A stretch of DNA of 64,000 nt from Bacteroidales bacterium (GCA_016715075.1 JADKBK010000024.1:121-64120), one strand, 5' to 3'; counted from the stretch's first letter, positions 50,326 through 62,170 are shown. The notes: generated by a model from the sequence alone, not told the origin. Numbers and translations are program-made.

Positions 50326-51543
50326 TTATGCAAACATTTTAATTACCTTTTCAATTCCTGCAGCCAGAGTGTCGATCTCCTGGTTTGTATTATAGAAGCA
50401 GAGGGAAGCTCTGACCGTTCCGTCAATACCATATCGTTTCATTACAGGCTGTGCACAATGGGTCCCCGTCCGTACAGCGATACCCATCTTGTCGAGTATC
50501 ATCCCAGTATCATATTGATGAATGCCTTCAAGTAAAAAGGAAATTGTAGAAATCTTCCTTGCAGAATTTCCATATATTTTCAATCCTTTTATAGACAAAA
50601 GCCGCTCAGTGGCATAGGAGAGCAGTTCTTTTTCGCGTTGTTCTATATAGTTTCTGCCAATGGAGGTCACATAGCCGAGTGCAGTGGCAAGTCCGATAGC
50701 AGCAGGATAATCTGTTGTTCCGGCTTCAAATTTAAATGGCAGTTCATTATACGTGGTTTTCTCAAAAGTCACCTGGTCAACCATATCGCCTCCACCCTGA
50801 AACGGAGGTAATTCAGATAGCCATTTCTCTTTTCCATAGAGACAGCCGATCCCGTTAGGTCCATAAACCTTGTGTCCTGAAAAAACATAAAAATCGCAAT
50901 CCATTTCCCTCACATCTACCACTCCGTGCTGAATTCCCTGTGCACCGTCAATCATTACCGGAATGTTAAGGGTATGTGCTGCAGCAATTATTTCATTTAC
51001 AGGAAGCACAGTACCAATTGCATTGGACACCTGTGTGATTGAAACAAGTTTAGTCCTGGATGACAGTAGCCTGAGGTACTCCTCAAAAATTATATCCCCG
51101 TTATCGTCAACAGGAATGACCTTAATAATGGCTCCCTTTCTTTCGCACATCATCTGCCACGGGACAATGTTTGCATGATGCTCCAGGTGGCTAAGGATTA
51201 TTTCATCTCCCTTATTTACAAATCTTTCACCAATAGAAAATGCCAAACCATTTATCGATCCTGTTGTACCAGAGGTAAAAACAACCTCTTCTCTTTTTTC
51301 TGCATTTATAAATGACCGGACTGTTTCCCGTGAGTTTTCATATGCTTCAGATGCTATGTCACTTAAATGATGAACACCCCTGTGAATATTTGCATTATAT
51401 GACAAATAGACATCGGCAAGGGCATCAATCACCACCCGGGGCTTCTGGGTTGTGGCTCCATTATCAAGATAAACGAGGGGTTTATCGTAGACTCTCCTGC
51501 CAAGAATAGGGAAATCGGCTCTTATCTCATCTATATTTTTCAC
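50326..51543 (-). CDS. sufS: cysteine desulfurase, SufS subfamily
   Basis: YLDNGATTQKP, PLP-Lys motif SGHKVYGPNGIG, and active-site RTGTHCAQP. Confidence 0.95.
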   Translation of the reverse strand: MKNIDEIRADFPILGRRVYDKPLVYLDNGATTQKPRVVIDALADVYLSYNANIHRGVHHLSDIASEAYENSRETVRSFINAEKREEVVFTSGTTGSINGLAFSIGERFVNKGDEIILSHLEHHANIVPWQMMCERKGAIIKVIPVDDNGDIIFEEYLRLLSSRTKLVSITQVSNAIGTVLPVNEIIAAAHTLNIPVMIDGAQGIQHGVVDVREMDCDFYVFSGHKVYGPNGIGCLYGKEKWLSELPPFQGGGDMVDQVTFEKTTYNELPFKFEAGTTDYPAAIGLATALGYVTSIGRNYIEQREKELLSYATERLLSIKGLKIYGNSARKISTISFLLEGIHQYDTGMILDKMGIAVRTGTHCAQPVMKRYGIDGTVRASLCFYNTNQEIDTLAAGIEKVIKMFA

Positions 51544-51554
51544 CTGTTTTCAGA

Positions 51555-52913
51555 TTATCCGCACTTGACCATACAACTTGCGCACCTCGAGAGTTCTCCC
51601 CTAAGGCGTTGCATCACGAGATTATCCATTCTGTCGCGGAGCGGCTCAATTTTTATATTCTGTATTACCTCATGTGCAAATCCGAACATCAGCATAAGCC
51701 TGGCTTCCCGTTTATTTATTCCGCGTGACTGAAGGTAGAAGAGGGCATCACCGTCGAGCTGTCCCACAGTGGCTCCATGGCTGCATTTTACATCATCGGC
51801 ATATATTTCCAGCTGTGGCTTGGTGTCCATCTTTGCGTCATCGGTAAGGAGGATATTGTTATTCTTCTGGTAAGCCAGGGTACCCTGGGCATCAGGTCTT
51901 ACATATATCCTGCCATTGAATGTTCCCGTTGACATGTCATCAAGGACTCCTTTAAACAGCTGGTTACTGGTACAGTGAGGGAAAGCATGATCAACATTTA
52001 CAAAATTATCAACGTGCTGCCACTTATCAGCAAGAAAAAGTCCGAAAGAATGGCTTTCAGCTCCTTCTCCTCCGAGATAATGATAGGTACTGTTACGAAT
52101 CAAACCTCCGTGAAGGGTCATATTATTCGAGGATGCAACGGAGTTTCTCTCCTGATGAATAAATGTATGAGTTATCTTGCAGGCAGCATTATGCTCATTT
52201 TGCACTCTGATTATGTCAAAATGTGCATCTTCCCCAACAAAAATCTCAGTAACAGCATTTGTCAGGAATTTTTTGGGAGAGAGAGTATGGTCGCAAATGA
52301 TGATCGAGAATTCAGCTCTTTTTTCCACAATTATAAGGTTTCTGTGCTGACTGAATGAGTCCACTTCGGCCTGTACAAGATTTACGACCTGAACAGGTTT
52401 TGAAAGGATTACTCCTTCGGGCACATAAACAAATATCCCATCTGATGCCATCGCAGTGTTAAGATGAACAAGACCATCTGTATCAGTATGGGCATATTTC
52501 CCGTAATGTTTTTCAATTATTTCAGGGAACTTTTTTGCAGCTGCATTAAGGCTTCCAATCCAGACTCCGCTGGGCAGCTGTCTCAGCTTTTCGTTAATTG
52601 TGGGATAAAAACCATTCAGAAGAACGATGCCATGTGTATCCATATCTGAAATATCGCACCTGAACTCTTCTGCTTTTTCAAAATCTGCAGCATCCGGGAT
52701 AAAATAACTGGCATAATCGTGGTCAAAAAAAAGGCTGAGGTTGGTGTATTTATAAGCCTCATCTTTTTTTGTGGGTATACCCAGTTCACTGAATCTTCCG
52801 AAAGCTTCCTCCCTGAATGAATTCAGATATGGAGCAGAGTTATCTGAAATCTTATCAATATTATCGTGATAAAGCTTCAGGTATTTTTCAGTTGTTTCAG
52901 ATTTACCGTTCAT
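51555..52913 (-). CDS. sufD: Fe-S cluster assembly protein SufD
   Basis: C-terminal SufD pattern (PQLEIYADDVKCSHGATVGQLD..ALFYLQSRGI). Position between sufC and sufS. Confidence 0.9.
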   Translation of the reverse strand: MNGKSETTEKYLKLYHDNIDKISDNSAPYLNSFREEAFGRFSELGIPTKKDEAYKYTNLSLFFDHDYASYFIPDAADFEKAEEFRCDISDMDTHGIVLLNGFYPTINEKLRQLPSGVWIGSLNAAAKKFPEIIEKHYGKYAHTDTDGLVHLNTAMASDGIFVYVPEGVILSKPVQVVNLVQAEVDSFSQHRNLIIVEKRAEFSIIICDHTLSPKKFLTNAVTEIFVGEDAHFDIIRVQNEHNAACKITHTFIHQERNSVASSNNMTLHGGLIRNSTYHYLGGEGAESHSFGLFLADKWQHVDNFVNVDHAFPHCTSNQLFKGVLDDMSTGTFNGRIYVRPDAQGTLAYQKNNNILLTDDAKMDTKPQLEIYADDVKCSHGATVGQLDGDALFYLQSRGINKREARLMLMFGFAHEVIQNIKIEPLRDRMDNLVMQRLRGELSRCASCMVKCG

Positions 52914-53674
52914 GCAAGTATACTATTTTCCACCTCTTTCTTGATCCAGTCATATCCTTTTTCTTCGAGTTCAAGGGCCAGTTCCTTACCGGCGGTTTTA
53001 ACTATCCGTCCGTCGTACAGAACATGAACAACATCCGGAACTATATAATCAAGCAGTCTCTGGTAATGGGTAATTACTATAAATGAATTATCAGGGCGTT
53101 TGATCTTATTAACTCCGTTTGCGACGATCCGAAGAGCATCAATATCGAGGCCTGAATCGGTTTCATCGAGAATAGCAAGTCTAGGTTCCAGCATTGCCAT
53201 CTGGAATATCTCATTCTTCTTCTTTTCCCCGCCAGAAAAGCCTTCATTGACAGATCTGTTGGCAAGCTTGGAATCGATCTCAACCATCTCTTTCTTCTCA
53301 CGCATTAACTTCAGGAAGTCGGATGCAGAGAGAGGATCCAGACCTTTATGTTTCCGGTGCTCGTTTACAGCTGTCTTCATGAAATTAACCATACTGACTC
53401 CGGGGATCTCTATAGGGTACTGAAATCCAAGGAAGATACCCTCTTTGGCTCTTTCTTCAGGGCTCATTGAAAGCAGATCCTTACCAAGGTAGGTAACTGT
53501 TCCTTCAGTCACCTCAACAAATTCCCTCCCAGCAAGAACCGCAGCAAGAGTGCTTTTGCCTGATCCGTTCGGACCCATGATCGCATGGATTTCACCTGGT
53601 TTAACTTTAAGACTAATACCCTTTAAGATGTTCTTCCCACTTATTGTGGCTTTCAAATTATTTATGACCAACAT
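52910..53674 (-). CDS. sufC: Fe-S cluster assembly ATPase SufC
   Basis: Walker A GPNGSGKST, signature FSGGEKKKNEI, Walker B AILDETDSGLD. Confidence 0.95.
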   Translation of the reverse strand: MLVINNLKATISGKNILKGISLKVKPGEIHAIMGPNGSGKSTLAAVLAGREFVEVTEGTVTYLGKDLLSMSPEERAKEGIFLGFQYPIEIPGVSMVNFMKTAVNEHRKHKGLDPLSASDFLKLMREKKEMVEIDSKLANRSVNEGFSGGEKKKNEIFQMAMLEPRLAILDETDSGLDIDALRIVANGVNKIKRPDNSFIVITHYQRLLDYIVPDVVHVLYDGRIVKTAGKELALELEEKGYDWIKKEVENSILA

Positions 53675-53705
53675 GATAAAATATTATTCTAAAAAAATTT
53701 CAATA

Positions 53706-55154
53706 TCAACCTATACTGCCTTCCAGGCTTATCTGAAGCAGCTTCTGTGCTTCTACAGCAAACTCCATGGGCAGTTTATTAATTACTTCACGTGCATAAC
53801 CATTAACAATCAGACCTATTGCGTCTTCTGTTGAGATACCTCTCTGATTGCAATAAAATATCTGATCTTCTCCGATCTTGGATGTTGTTGCTTCATGTTC
53901 AACAATGGCGGTCTGATTGTCAACCTCCAGGTATGGAAATGTGTGAGCACCGCATTTGTCGCCAAGGAGTAATGAATCGCACTGGGAATAATTCCTTGCA
54001 TTCGTCGCATTCCTGAGAACTTTTACGAGTCCGCGGTAGCTGTTCTGTCCTTTCCCTGCTGAGATACCTTTAGAGACAATTGTACTCTTTGTATTTTTAC
54101 CTATATGGATCATCTTTGTACCTGTATCGGCCTGCTGGTGATTATTTGTAACAGCAACTGAATAAAATTCGCCGGTGGAATTATCTCCCCGAAGGATACA
54201 TGAGGGGTATTTCCAGGTAATAGCCGATCCTGTTTCAATCTGCGTCCAGGAGATCTTGGAGTTTTCGCCTTTGCACAATCCTCTCTTGGTAACAAAATTG
54301 AAGACACCGCCCAACCCATCCTTGTTACCCGGATACCAGTTCTGAACGGTAGAATATTTAACCTCAGCACTTTTCTCAGCTATAATCTCAACTATTGCAG
54401 CATGAAGCTGATTCTCATCCCTTGAAGGCGCTGTGCAGCCCTCCAGATAGCTGACATAGCTTTCTTCATCAGCAATAAGCAGTGTCCTCTCAAACTGACC
54501 CGTATTGGCAGAGTTTATCCTGAAATAAGTTGACAGCTCCATCGGGCACCTTACACCTTTCGGGATATAACAGAATGAACCATCACTGAATACAGCTGAA
54601 TTAAGACTTGCAAAAAAGTTATCCGTATAGGGAACCACAGATCCCATATACCTTCTTACAAGGTCGGGATATTCCTTTACTGCATCACTGAATGAGCAGA
54701 ATATGATCCCCATTTCAGCCAGTGTCTCTTTGAAAGTTGTTTTAACCGACACACTGTCAATAACAGCATCTACGGCCACCCCTGAGAGATGTTTTTGCTC
54801 CTCGAGAGGGATCCCCAGCTTATCGAATGTCTTTTTCAGCTCCGGATCAATATCATCTAAACTATTGAGTGTTTTCCTCTGTTTGGGAGCTGCATAAAAG
54901 ATTATCTCATTGTAGTCTATCGGCGGAATCTTAAGATTAGGCCATTTTGGCATTTTCATCGTAAGCCAGTGACGATATGCCTTCAGCCTGAATTCCAACA
55001 GCCAGTCAGGTTCATTCTTTTTTGAAGAAATAATCCTGACAACATCCTCACTAAGACCCTTGGGAATCCGTTCCATCTCAATGTCGGAATAGAAACCATA
55101 CTTATATTCGCCTGATGTAACTTCACTTAATATTTTATCCTGAGCTTTCTCCAT
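53706..55154 (-). CDS. sufB: Fe-S cluster assembly scaffold SufB
   Basis: SufB core motifs (GEYKYGF, ...[17 protein letters not shown]..., [20 protein letters not shown]). ATG at 55154 (MEKAQDK); the track's upstream start is a TTG. Confidence 0.95.
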   Translation of the reverse strand: MEKAQDKILSEVTSGEYKYGFYSDIEMERIPKGLSEDVVRIISSKKNEPDWLLEFRLKAYRHWLTMKMPKWPNLKIPPIDYNEIIFYAAPKQRKTLNSLDDIDPELKKTFDKLGIPLEEQKHLSGVAVDAVIDSVSVKTTFKETLAEMGIIFCSFSDAVKEYPDLVRRYMGSVVPYTDNFFASLNSAVFSDGSFCYIPKGVRCPMELSTYFRINSANTGQFERTLLIADEESYVSYLEGCTAPSRDENQLHAAIVEIIAEKSAEVKYSTVQNWYPGNKDGLGGVFNFVTKRGLCKGENSKISWTQIETGSAITWKYPSCILRGDNSTGEFYSVAVTNNHQQADTGTKMIHIGKNTKSTIVSKGISAGKGQNSYRGLVKVLRNATNARNYSQCDSLLLGDKCGAHTFPYLEVDNQTAIVEHEATTSKIGEDQIFYCNQRGISTEDAIGLIVNGYAREVINKLPMEFAVEAQKLLQISLEGSIG

Positions 55155-55549
55155 AATCTTCAGTTTCAACAGCTCTCGCTCGTTTACAGTATAAACAAGT
55201 TGAAAATAAAAAAGTTATTCCTCATATTGGTTTTCTTTCCTATGAACTGTAATTGCTAAGACCCTGTTAATTATATTTAATCTAAATAAAAACGCAAAAA
55301 TAGGAAAAATATAGGATTTTTAACAGGATAAGAGCTGAAAAGTGATATCCTAAAAGTTCAAATTCAATAAAAAAAATAATGCAGGCCAGGAATACCACCT
55401 GTTTGTATCGCTGTTAATGAGGTTCCATGACGTAAAATCCTTAACTTTGGTCATAATTGGAACACTTGGTACAGTCGGTTGTTTTAAATATTTACTCAGT
55501 GACTTTTGTGCCCTTGCACCTTAATATTTTGTCAAACACTGGATTAATT

Positions 55550-57175
55550 ATGAAAAAGGATATGAAAAGGTTCATTATTACATTATTAGCTCTGTTCATT
55601 GCAGTAGTTCACCTTGCTGCACAAGCGGAGAAGGATATAAAGGGTGAAATAAAACACGTCACTGTATTTCCTGACAGGGCGCAGATAGATCATGAGGCTT
55701 CCGTTTCCCTTCAGGCAGGTAAAACAATTCTGAAGCTTTCTGCACTGTCGCCTTATATAGATGTTCAGAGTATCCAGGTAAAGGGATTTGGTGAATTCAC
55801 AATTCTCTCGGTTAACCATCAGAATAATTATCTTCAGAATCTGGAAGATGCTCCTGATGTTAAAAGTATCAGAAACCAGATTGAGTCGCTTCAGCTGAAG
55901 GCTGAAGATGAGAAGGCAGCTATAACTATTCTGAAAGAGAAAGCAGCTTTTCTTGTTGCCAACAGGGAGATCCTTGTGAAGGAGACAAGTTTCAGTATTG
56001 AGCAACTGAAGAGCGTTATGGATCTGTATACCAGAAACATGGAACAGGTCACTGTAACATCCCTTATGAAGGAGAGGCAGATAAAAGATTATGAAAAACA
56101 GATAGCTTCTCTTCAGAAGCAGATAGCCGACAAACTTGGCAGGCAGCAACTTCCTTCCGGCGAGATATATGTTACTGTGATCTCTGATAAGCAGATATCC
56201 GGCAGACTGACATTCAGCTATGTAGTGGGCAATGCGGGCTGGTATCCTTCATATGACATAAGGGTGGATGATATTAAAAACCCGGTATCAATATATTATA
56301 AGGCAAATGTATTTCAGAATTCCGGGGTTGACTGGAAGGACATAAAAATCAGCTTCTCCAATGCCACACCATGGGTTGGCGGGGACTTTCCGGTCTTATA
56401 TCCATGGTTTATTGACTATTACACTCCTCCCAATTCCCAGATTATGATAAGGGGTGCCGCCTCTGTAAGGAAAAGTAAGGCGCCGGAGCTGATGGAAATG
56501 GCGGTAGCCAGGGATGAGGAAATGGTAAAAGAAGCTCCATCGGTTGCGGTAGAAAAAAAGATCGGTGAAACCACCATTACATTTGATGTCTCCGCTCCCT
56601 GTACTGTACCATCTGATGGAAAGTTGCAGACAGTTGAAATACAGCGGATTGTTGCCCCTGCGGAATATAAATATGTTACCACACCAAAGCTTTCACAACT
56701 TGCATACCTGACAGCCAATATTACAGATTGGGCAAAATTAAGTCTCCAGAGCGGTGAAGCCACACTCTATTTTGAGAATTCATTCGTTGGCAAATCGAAT
56801 GTAAACGTTGCTGAGCTTAATGATACTCTGGCACTTTCGCTCGGAACAGATAACGGTATAATTATAAAAAGAGAGAAACGGGTGGATTTTACCAGCAGGA
56901 AAACAATAGGGGCCAATAAGACCGAGACTTATTCATTTCTTCTGACTGTCAGGAACAATAAGCCTGTTCCTGTTAAGATCACTATGAAAGATCAGTTACC
57001 CGTATCATCAAACAGCGGGATTACTGTTGACCCCGTTGAAATTTCGGGAGGAAAATATAATCCTATTACAGGTGAGATCAGGTGGGATCTTGAAATAAAC
57101 AAACAGGAGACAAAGCAGGTTATATTAACCTATTCAGTTAAATATCCGAAGGACAGAACCATCATTCTTGAATAA
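55550..57175 (+). CDS. DUF4139/DUF4140 (MuiA-like) domain protein
   Basis: The ATG at 55550 gives the signal peptide MKKDMKRFIITLLALFIAVVHLAAQ. V.VF.DRAQI N-terminus, a coiled-coil middle, and W.P.YD and GE..LY motifs typical of the family. Confidence 0.75.
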   Translation: MKKDMKRFIITLLALFIAVVHLAAQAEKDIKGEIKHVTVFPDRAQIDHEASVSLQAGKTILKLSALSPYIDVQSIQVKGFGEFTILSVNHQNNYLQNLEDAPDVKSIRNQIESLQLKAEDEKAAITILKEKAAFLVANREILVKETSFSIEQLKSVMDLYTRNMEQVTVTSLMKERQIKDYEKQIASLQKQIADKLGRQQLPSGEIYVTVISDKQISGRLTFSYVVGNAGWYPSYDIRVDDIKNPVSIYYKANVFQNSGVDWKDIKISFSNATPWVGGDFPVLYPWFIDYYTPPNSQIMIRGAASVRKSKAPELMEMAVARDEEMVKEAPSVAVEKKIGETTITFDVSAPCTVPSDGKLQTVEIQRIVAPAEYKYVTTPKLSQLAYLTANITDWAKLSLQSGEATLYFENSFVGKSNVNVAELNDTLALSLGTDNGIIIKREKRVDFTSRKTIGANKTETYSFLLTVRNNKPVPVKITMKDQLPVSSNSGITVDPVEISGGKYNPITGEIRWDLEINKQETKQVILTYSVKYPKDRTIILE

Positions 57176-57190
57176 TATGCAATCACTCTC

Positions 57191-57565
57191 ATGAATTTAC
57201 TGGGAAATCTTATCTGGCTTATTTTCGGTGGCATTATCATTGCTATTGAATATTTCATAGGAAGTATTATACTCATGATCACCATTGTAGGGATCCCGTT
57301 CGGCATTCAGACACTCAAAATGGCATCACTTTCACTCTGGCCATTTGGCAGGGATACCAGGGTTCATTCCAGGGCTTCGGGCTGCCTGTATATCCTGATG
57401 AATGTTCTATGGCTACTTACAGGAGGATTATGGATAGCAGCCACCCATCTGATATTCGGATTGTTGCTCTGCATTACCATAATAGGAATTCCATTTGGGT
57501 TACAACATTTCAAACTCACCGCTATAGCTATAAGTCCCTTTGGAAGAGATATAATTACTGTCTGA
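57191..57565 (+). CDS. yccF: YccF-domain inner membrane protein
   Basis: Duplicated motif (I)VGIPFGIQ..K......PFGRD, 124 aa. Confidence 0.85.
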   Translation: MNLLGNLIWLIFGGIIIAIEYFIGSIILMITIVGIPFGIQTLKMASLSLWPFGRDTRVHSRASGCLYILMNVLWLLTGGLWIAATHLIFGLLLCITIIGIPFGLQHFKLTAIAISPFGRDIITV

Positions 57566-57619
57566 CAGATTTGTCCTCCAGCAGATAACGAAGTCTGATG
57601 CAGAAAATAATTAGAAATA

Positions 57620-58651
57620 ATGGATAAATCAGAAAACAGAAATACTCCAATCAACGAGTTTGGTAAATTCAGATTGATTGAACATATCACACGGAAGGAG
57701 AATCCTGTTAATCAGTCTACGGTTACAGGAATAGGCGATGATGCCGCCATTATTGATTCCGGACATTCCATGTCATTGGTTTCTACCGACCTGTTACTCG
57801 AGGGGATACACTTTAATCTCATCTATACTCCTCTGAAACATCTCGGATATAAGGCAGTAATAAGAGCAATATCAGACATTTACGCAATGAACGGAGATCC
57901 TGAGCAGCTACTGGTCTCGCTTGGAATAAGCTCCAGATTCTCCGTGGAGCAGGTTGAGGAGATATATGAAGGAATTTATCTTGCCTGTGAAAAATATAGT
58001 GTTGACCTCGTTGGTGGTGATACAACAAGTTCGCTTACAGGTCTTACCATAGGGGTAACTGCTGTTGGCAGGGCTGAGAAAGAAAATATTGTAAGGAGGG
58101 ACGGAGCCAGACCAAATGATCTTATCTGTGTAACAGGTGATTTCGGGGCTGCCTTCATGGGCCTTCAGCTCCTTGAGCGAGAGAGGAAACTGTTTGTTAA
58201 GGAGAAGGTCGCCCAGCCTGATCTCTCCGGCTATGAATATATTATTGGGAGGCAGCTTAAACCGGAAATTCCTGTGAGCATTTTAAGAGAGCTCCGGGAG
58301 GCTGGCATAAAACCCAGCTCGATGATTGATGTAACTGACGGACTGGCATCAGACCTTCTGCATGTATGCAAACTATCGGGTACCGGATGCAGGATATTTT
58401 ACAGTAAGGTGCCGATTGATTATGAGACATCAAAGCTTGCTGAGGAGTTCAATGTTGATCCTATGACACCTGCCCTTAATGGCGGGGAAGATTATGAAAT
58501 GCTTTTTACTGTTCCGCTGGAGTTAATTGAAAAGGTCAGCAATCTGAAATCTGTAAAGATTATAGGTCATATGACTTCAGAAGGCACCTCGTCCTCTATT
58601 GTCGGGGACGATGGTTCTGAAGTTGATATTACTTCGATGGGCTGGAAATAA
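57620..58651 (+). CDS. thiL: thiamine-phosphate kinase
   Basis: EF.LI..., GIGDDAAI, LLEGIHF and GGDTTSS motifs of the AIR-synthase-related ThiL family. Confidence 0.9.
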   Translation: MDKSENRNTPINEFGKFRLIEHITRKENPVNQSTVTGIGDDAAIIDSGHSMSLVSTDLLLEGIHFNLIYTPLKHLGYKAVIRAISDIYAMNGDPEQLLVSLGISSRFSVEQVEEIYEGIYLACEKYSVDLVGGDTTSSLTGLTIGVTAVGRAEKENIVRRDGARPNDLICVTGDFGAAFMGLQLLERERKLFVKEKVAQPDLSGYEYIIGRQLKPEIPVSILRELREAGIKPSSMIDVTDGLASDLLHVCKLSGTGCRIFYSKVPIDYETSKLAEEFNVDPMTPALNGGEDYEMLFTVPLELIEKVSNLKSVKIIGHMTSEGTSSSIVGDDGSEVDITSMGWK

Positions 58652-58657
58652 GAAGTT

Positions 58658-59431
58658 TTATCGTGCTCTGATAATTCCTCTTTCTGATTTTCGTATAAAT
58701 TCAAGAATATAATCCCTGTCTTCCGACGGGCTGAATGTATTCTCCACATATTCGACGGCCTGGGAGAAATTCATTTTGCTCTGATAGATTGCACGGTAAA
58801 TATTATGGATCTCATCAATTCTCGCTTTTTCAAACCCTCTCCTGGTGAGTCCGACTGAATTCAGTCCCATATATGAAAGAGGATCTCGGTCAGCTTTAAT
58901 GAAGGGAGGAACATCGATTCTGATTTTTGAACCGCCGCCTACAATCACATGAGCCCCTATGCGGCAGAACTGGTGAACCAGTGATCCACCGCTGATTATT
59001 GCCCAGTTATCAACCTTTACCTCTCCTGCAAGCCCGGTAGTATTTCCAATAATGATATTGTCTTTCAATTCACAATCGTGACCTATGTGAGAGTAGGCCA
59101 TCAGAAGGCATCCGTTTCCGACAATTGTTTTTCCTGACGCAGCGGTTCCCCTGTTAACAGTTGCACCTTCCCGCACAGTGGTATTATTCCCTATTTCAGC
59201 GGTTGTCTCCTCTCCTTTGAATTTCAGGTCCTGCGGAATACCTGATATTGCAGCTGACGGGAAAATCTTGCAATGATTTCCGATCCTTGCTCCATCCATT
59301 ATAGTGGCACCCGGACCAATCCATGTTCCATCACCGATGATTACATTTCCGGCTACATAGGCAAAGGGTTCAATGACCACATCTTTCCCTATTCTGGCAT
59401 CCGGATGGATATAAGCTAAATTGGAAATCAT
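58658..59431 (-). CDS. lpxA: acyl-ACP--UDP-N-acetylglucosamine O-acyltransferase
   Basis: Hexapeptide repeats, an IHP.A.I start and an LpxA C-terminal helical domain. lpxD-lpxC/fabZ-lpxA synteny. Confidence 0.95.
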   Translation of the reverse strand: MISNLAYIHPDARIGKDVVIEPFAYVAGNVIIGDGTWIGPGATIMDGARIGNHCKIFPSAAISGIPQDLKFKGEETTAEIGNNTTVREGATVNRGTAASGKTIVGNGCLLMAYSHIGHDCELKDNIIIGNTTGLAGEVKVDNWAIISGGSLVHQFCRIGAHVIVGGGSKIRIDVPPFIKADRDPLSYMGLNSVGLTRRGFEKARIDEIHNIYRAIYQSKMNFSQAVEYVENTFSPSEDRDYILEFIRKSERGIIRAR

Positions 59432-59437
59432 TGTTCT

Positions 59438-60832
59438 TTATTTATTTTTTACAACCTGTGCAGTCATCTCTCCTTCCAGAACAAGTTTGTTACCTACAAA
59501 TGCCTGGCCAAACATTGTGACTATACCCCTTCTGATAAGATCGGTTAATTCCATCTTCAGAATGACGGTATCTCCCGGAACTACTTTTTGTTTAAACTTC
59601 AGTTTATCAATCTTGAGAAAATATGTTGAATATTTCTCAGGTTCATCCACTGTACTCAGGACAAGCAATCCCCCTGTCTGTGCCAGGGCTTCAACCAGGA
59701 GGACTCCCGGCATTACCGGTTCACCCGGGAAATGGCCCTGAAAAAAACCTTCATTGAAGGTAACGTTCTTAATACCTACAATTGATGTCTCATCAAGGGC
59801 TATAACCTTGTCAACCAGCAAAAAAGGATATCGGTGCGGTAATCTTTTACGAATCTCCTCAAGAGTGAAGACAGGTGGCTGGGCCGGATCGTAAACAGGA
59901 ATATCCTTTTTGGAAAGGGTTTTTTTCATCTCCTGCCTCATCAGCTTTGCGAGTCTTGTATTTGCAAAATGGCCCGGACGTGTTGCAACAATCTTGCCTT
60001 TAATAGGGTGGCCCACAAGGGCGATGTCACCCATTATATCGAGCAGCTTATGCCTTGCCGGTTCATTTGGGTACCTCAATTCGGTATTATTCAGTACACC
60101 GGCAGTATGCTTGCTGATCCCCGGACGGTGAAAAAGGGTGGCAATACGGTCTATCTCTTCCTGTTCAACCTCTTTTTCAAGAATTACAATCGCGTTATCG
60201 AGTTCTCCGCCCTTTATGAGGCCCGCTTTGAACAGCGGCTCGAGCTCATGGAAAAACACAAAAGTACGGCTCCTGCTTATCTCCTCTTCAAAGCGGTCAA
60301 TGGTATCAAGTATTGCGTACTGGTTTCCAAGGATCCTGGAATTATAATCAATAAGTACATTAATGCTCAGGTGATCGTCGGGATATACGATAAGGTCGAC
60401 ACCATGCTCCTCATCAGAGTAGGTTATTTTCTGTTTGACAACAAAATAATTTCTCTCCTCTTTTAGCTCAACAATACCGGCTTCCTTTATTGCTTCTACG
60501 AACTTCAGTGAAGATCCTCCCATTATTGGCGCCTCCGGACCGTTAAGTTCTATTAATGCATTGTCAACCCGCAATCCGTGAAGGGCAGCCAGAACATGCT
60601 CAATAGTCTGCACTGAAGCATTGTTTTGCACCAATGTTGTGCCGCGTGATGTATCGGTAACATACTCCGCCAGTGCATCAATAACAGGATTACCCGGCAG
60701 ATCAACCCTGCAGAATTTATACCCGTGATTAGCAGGAGCGGGTTTGAAGGTTATTGTCACATTAATCCCCGTATGCAAACCTTTTCCGTTAAGGCTTATC
60801 TCCTTTGCAAGGGTTCTCTGTTTTTCACTCAT
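59438..60832 (-). CDS. lpxC/fabZ: bifunctional UDP-3-O-acyl-GlcNAc deacetylase / 3-hydroxyacyl-ACP dehydratase
   Basis: N-terminal LpxC (QRTL...G.GLHTG, EH.LAAL) fused to C-terminal FabZ (LPHRYPFLLVD, FF.GHFPG.PVMPGVL). Confidence 0.95.
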   Translation of the reverse strand: MSEKQRTLAKEISLNGKGLHTGINVTITFKPAPANHGYKFCRVDLPGNPVIDALAEYVTDTSRGTTLVQNNASVQTIEHVLAALHGLRVDNALIELNGPEAPIMGGSSLKFVEAIKEAGIVELKEERNYFVVKQKITYSDEEHGVDLIVYPDDHLSINVLIDYNSRILGNQYAILDTIDRFEEEISRSRTFVFFHELEPLFKAGLIKGGELDNAIVILEKEVEQEEIDRIATLFHRPGISKHTAGVLNNTELRYPNEPARHKLLDIMGDIALVGHPIKGKIVATRPGHFANTRLAKLMRQEMKKTLSKKDIPVYDPAQPPVFTLEEIRKRLPHRYPFLLVDKVIALDETSIVGIKNVTFNEGFFQGHFPGEPVMPGVLLVEALAQTGGLLVLSTVDEPEKYSTYFLKIDKLKFKQKVVPGDTVILKMELTDLIRRGIVTMFGQAFVGNKLVLEGEMTAQVVKNK

Positions 60833-60954
60833 CAGTGTTTAAAATTAATTTAAATTACCGGGTACAAAAAAAATAAAAATATTTCGAACAATCCAGAAAA
60901 ATACGCTTTAACTGAACTAAAAACAACATATTCAGTTTCGAATGCAGTAAAAAG

Positions 60955-61992
60955 CTATCTCTTTTTCAATGTTTGGATCTCTTTTTCAAGGGAATCGACT
61001 TTTGATTTCAGATCAGGTAATCTTTTGAATACAACAGTGGATCTCATAAACTGTTTAATTTCAAAAGCAGGAGATCCAATTATAACGGTATTTTCTTCCT
61101 TAATGTCTCCAAGAATACCCCCCTGTGCTCCGATCTTTGATCCGTTGGCAATCCTGATATGGCCTGCAATACCAACCTGCCCTCCAAACATACAGTTCTT
61201 CCCTACTTTAGTGGACCCTGCAATGCCTGTTTGTGCTGCCATAACAGTATTCTCGCCAATCTCAACATTATGTCCAATCTGAATAAGGTTATCCAGCTTC
61301 ACACCTTTACGTATAATTGTGGAGCCCATGGTTGCCCTGTCGATTGTGACATTGGCTCCTATCTCAACAAGATCTTCGAGAATGACATTTCCGAGCTGCG
61401 GGATCTTCATGTATTCATTTTCCGATTGGGGTGCAAAACCGAAACCATCGCTGCCGATCACTGAACCTGCGTGGATTATGCAACTCTGACCAATTACACA
61501 GTCATGGTAGATCTTTACACCCGGATTTATGATACAATTGACACCGATAGTAGTATTATCGCCGATATAGACATGAGGATAGATAGAACTACCATCTCCT
61601 ATCTGGCAGTTCTCACCAATATAGGCGTATGGTCCGATATATACATCATTACCAACCTTTGCAGTTGGTTCAATTACTGCGGTAGGGTGAATCCCGGTTT
61701 TTCTTGGTCTTGCCTGGTCCACAAGACGCATCAGTGAGGCAAAAGCCTCATATGCATTTTCTACTTTAATCAGTGTTGTTTCTATCTTTCCGGAAGGAAT
61801 AAAGCTTTTATTCACCAGAACGACTGATGAAGCAGTTGAATAAATATAGTGTTCATATTTTGGGTTAGCAAGAAATGATAGAGCTCCCTGGTGCCCCTCC
61901 TCTATTTTGGCAATTGTATTTACTTTGATATCGGGGTTGCCTTCTATTTCACCTTTCAAAAACCCGGCAATTGTTGCGGCAGTAAATTCCAT
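60955..61992 (-). CDS. lpxD: UDP-3-O-(3-hydroxymyristoyl)glucosamine N-acyltransferase
   Basis: N-terminal LpxD domain ([10 protein letters not shown]), long left-handed beta-helix hexapeptide repeats, C-terminal coiled coil. Confidence 0.95.
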   Translation of the reverse strand: MEFTAATIAGFLKGEIEGNPDIKVNTIAKIEEGHQGALSFLANPKYEHYIYSTASSVVLVNKSFIPSGKIETTLIKVENAYEAFASLMRLVDQARPRKTGIHPTAVIEPTAKVGNDVYIGPYAYIGENCQIGDGSSIYPHVYIGDNTTIGVNCIINPGVKIYHDCVIGQSCIIHAGSVIGSDGFGFAPQSENEYMKIPQLGNVILEDLVEIGANVTIDRATMGSTIIRKGVKLDNLIQIGHNVEIGENTVMAAQTGIAGSTKVGKNCMFGGQVGIAGHIRIANGSKIGAQGGILGDIKEENTVIIGSPAFEIKQFMRSTVVFKRLPDLKSKVDSLEKEIQTLKKR

Positions 61993-62170
61993 GATGTATT
62001 GAGATTAATATTTACAATTATATAAGACTTCAGTGAATCATGATTTGAGAATATTTGATTATTTATTGCGGATTGTGGAATATTAAATCCGAAATTAACT
62101 CCCGATAGTTATCGGGACCGAAATCAGCAATCATATTAACATCTCTATAAAAAATTTGATCTGACATGAC

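Noticed and set aside
62100-62125. Palindrome TCCCGATA-gt-TATCGGGA downstream of the HD-domain gene as a terminator
   Set aside because: The stem exists, but the loop is minimal and no clear T-run follows on the minus strand. It is too weak to annotate.
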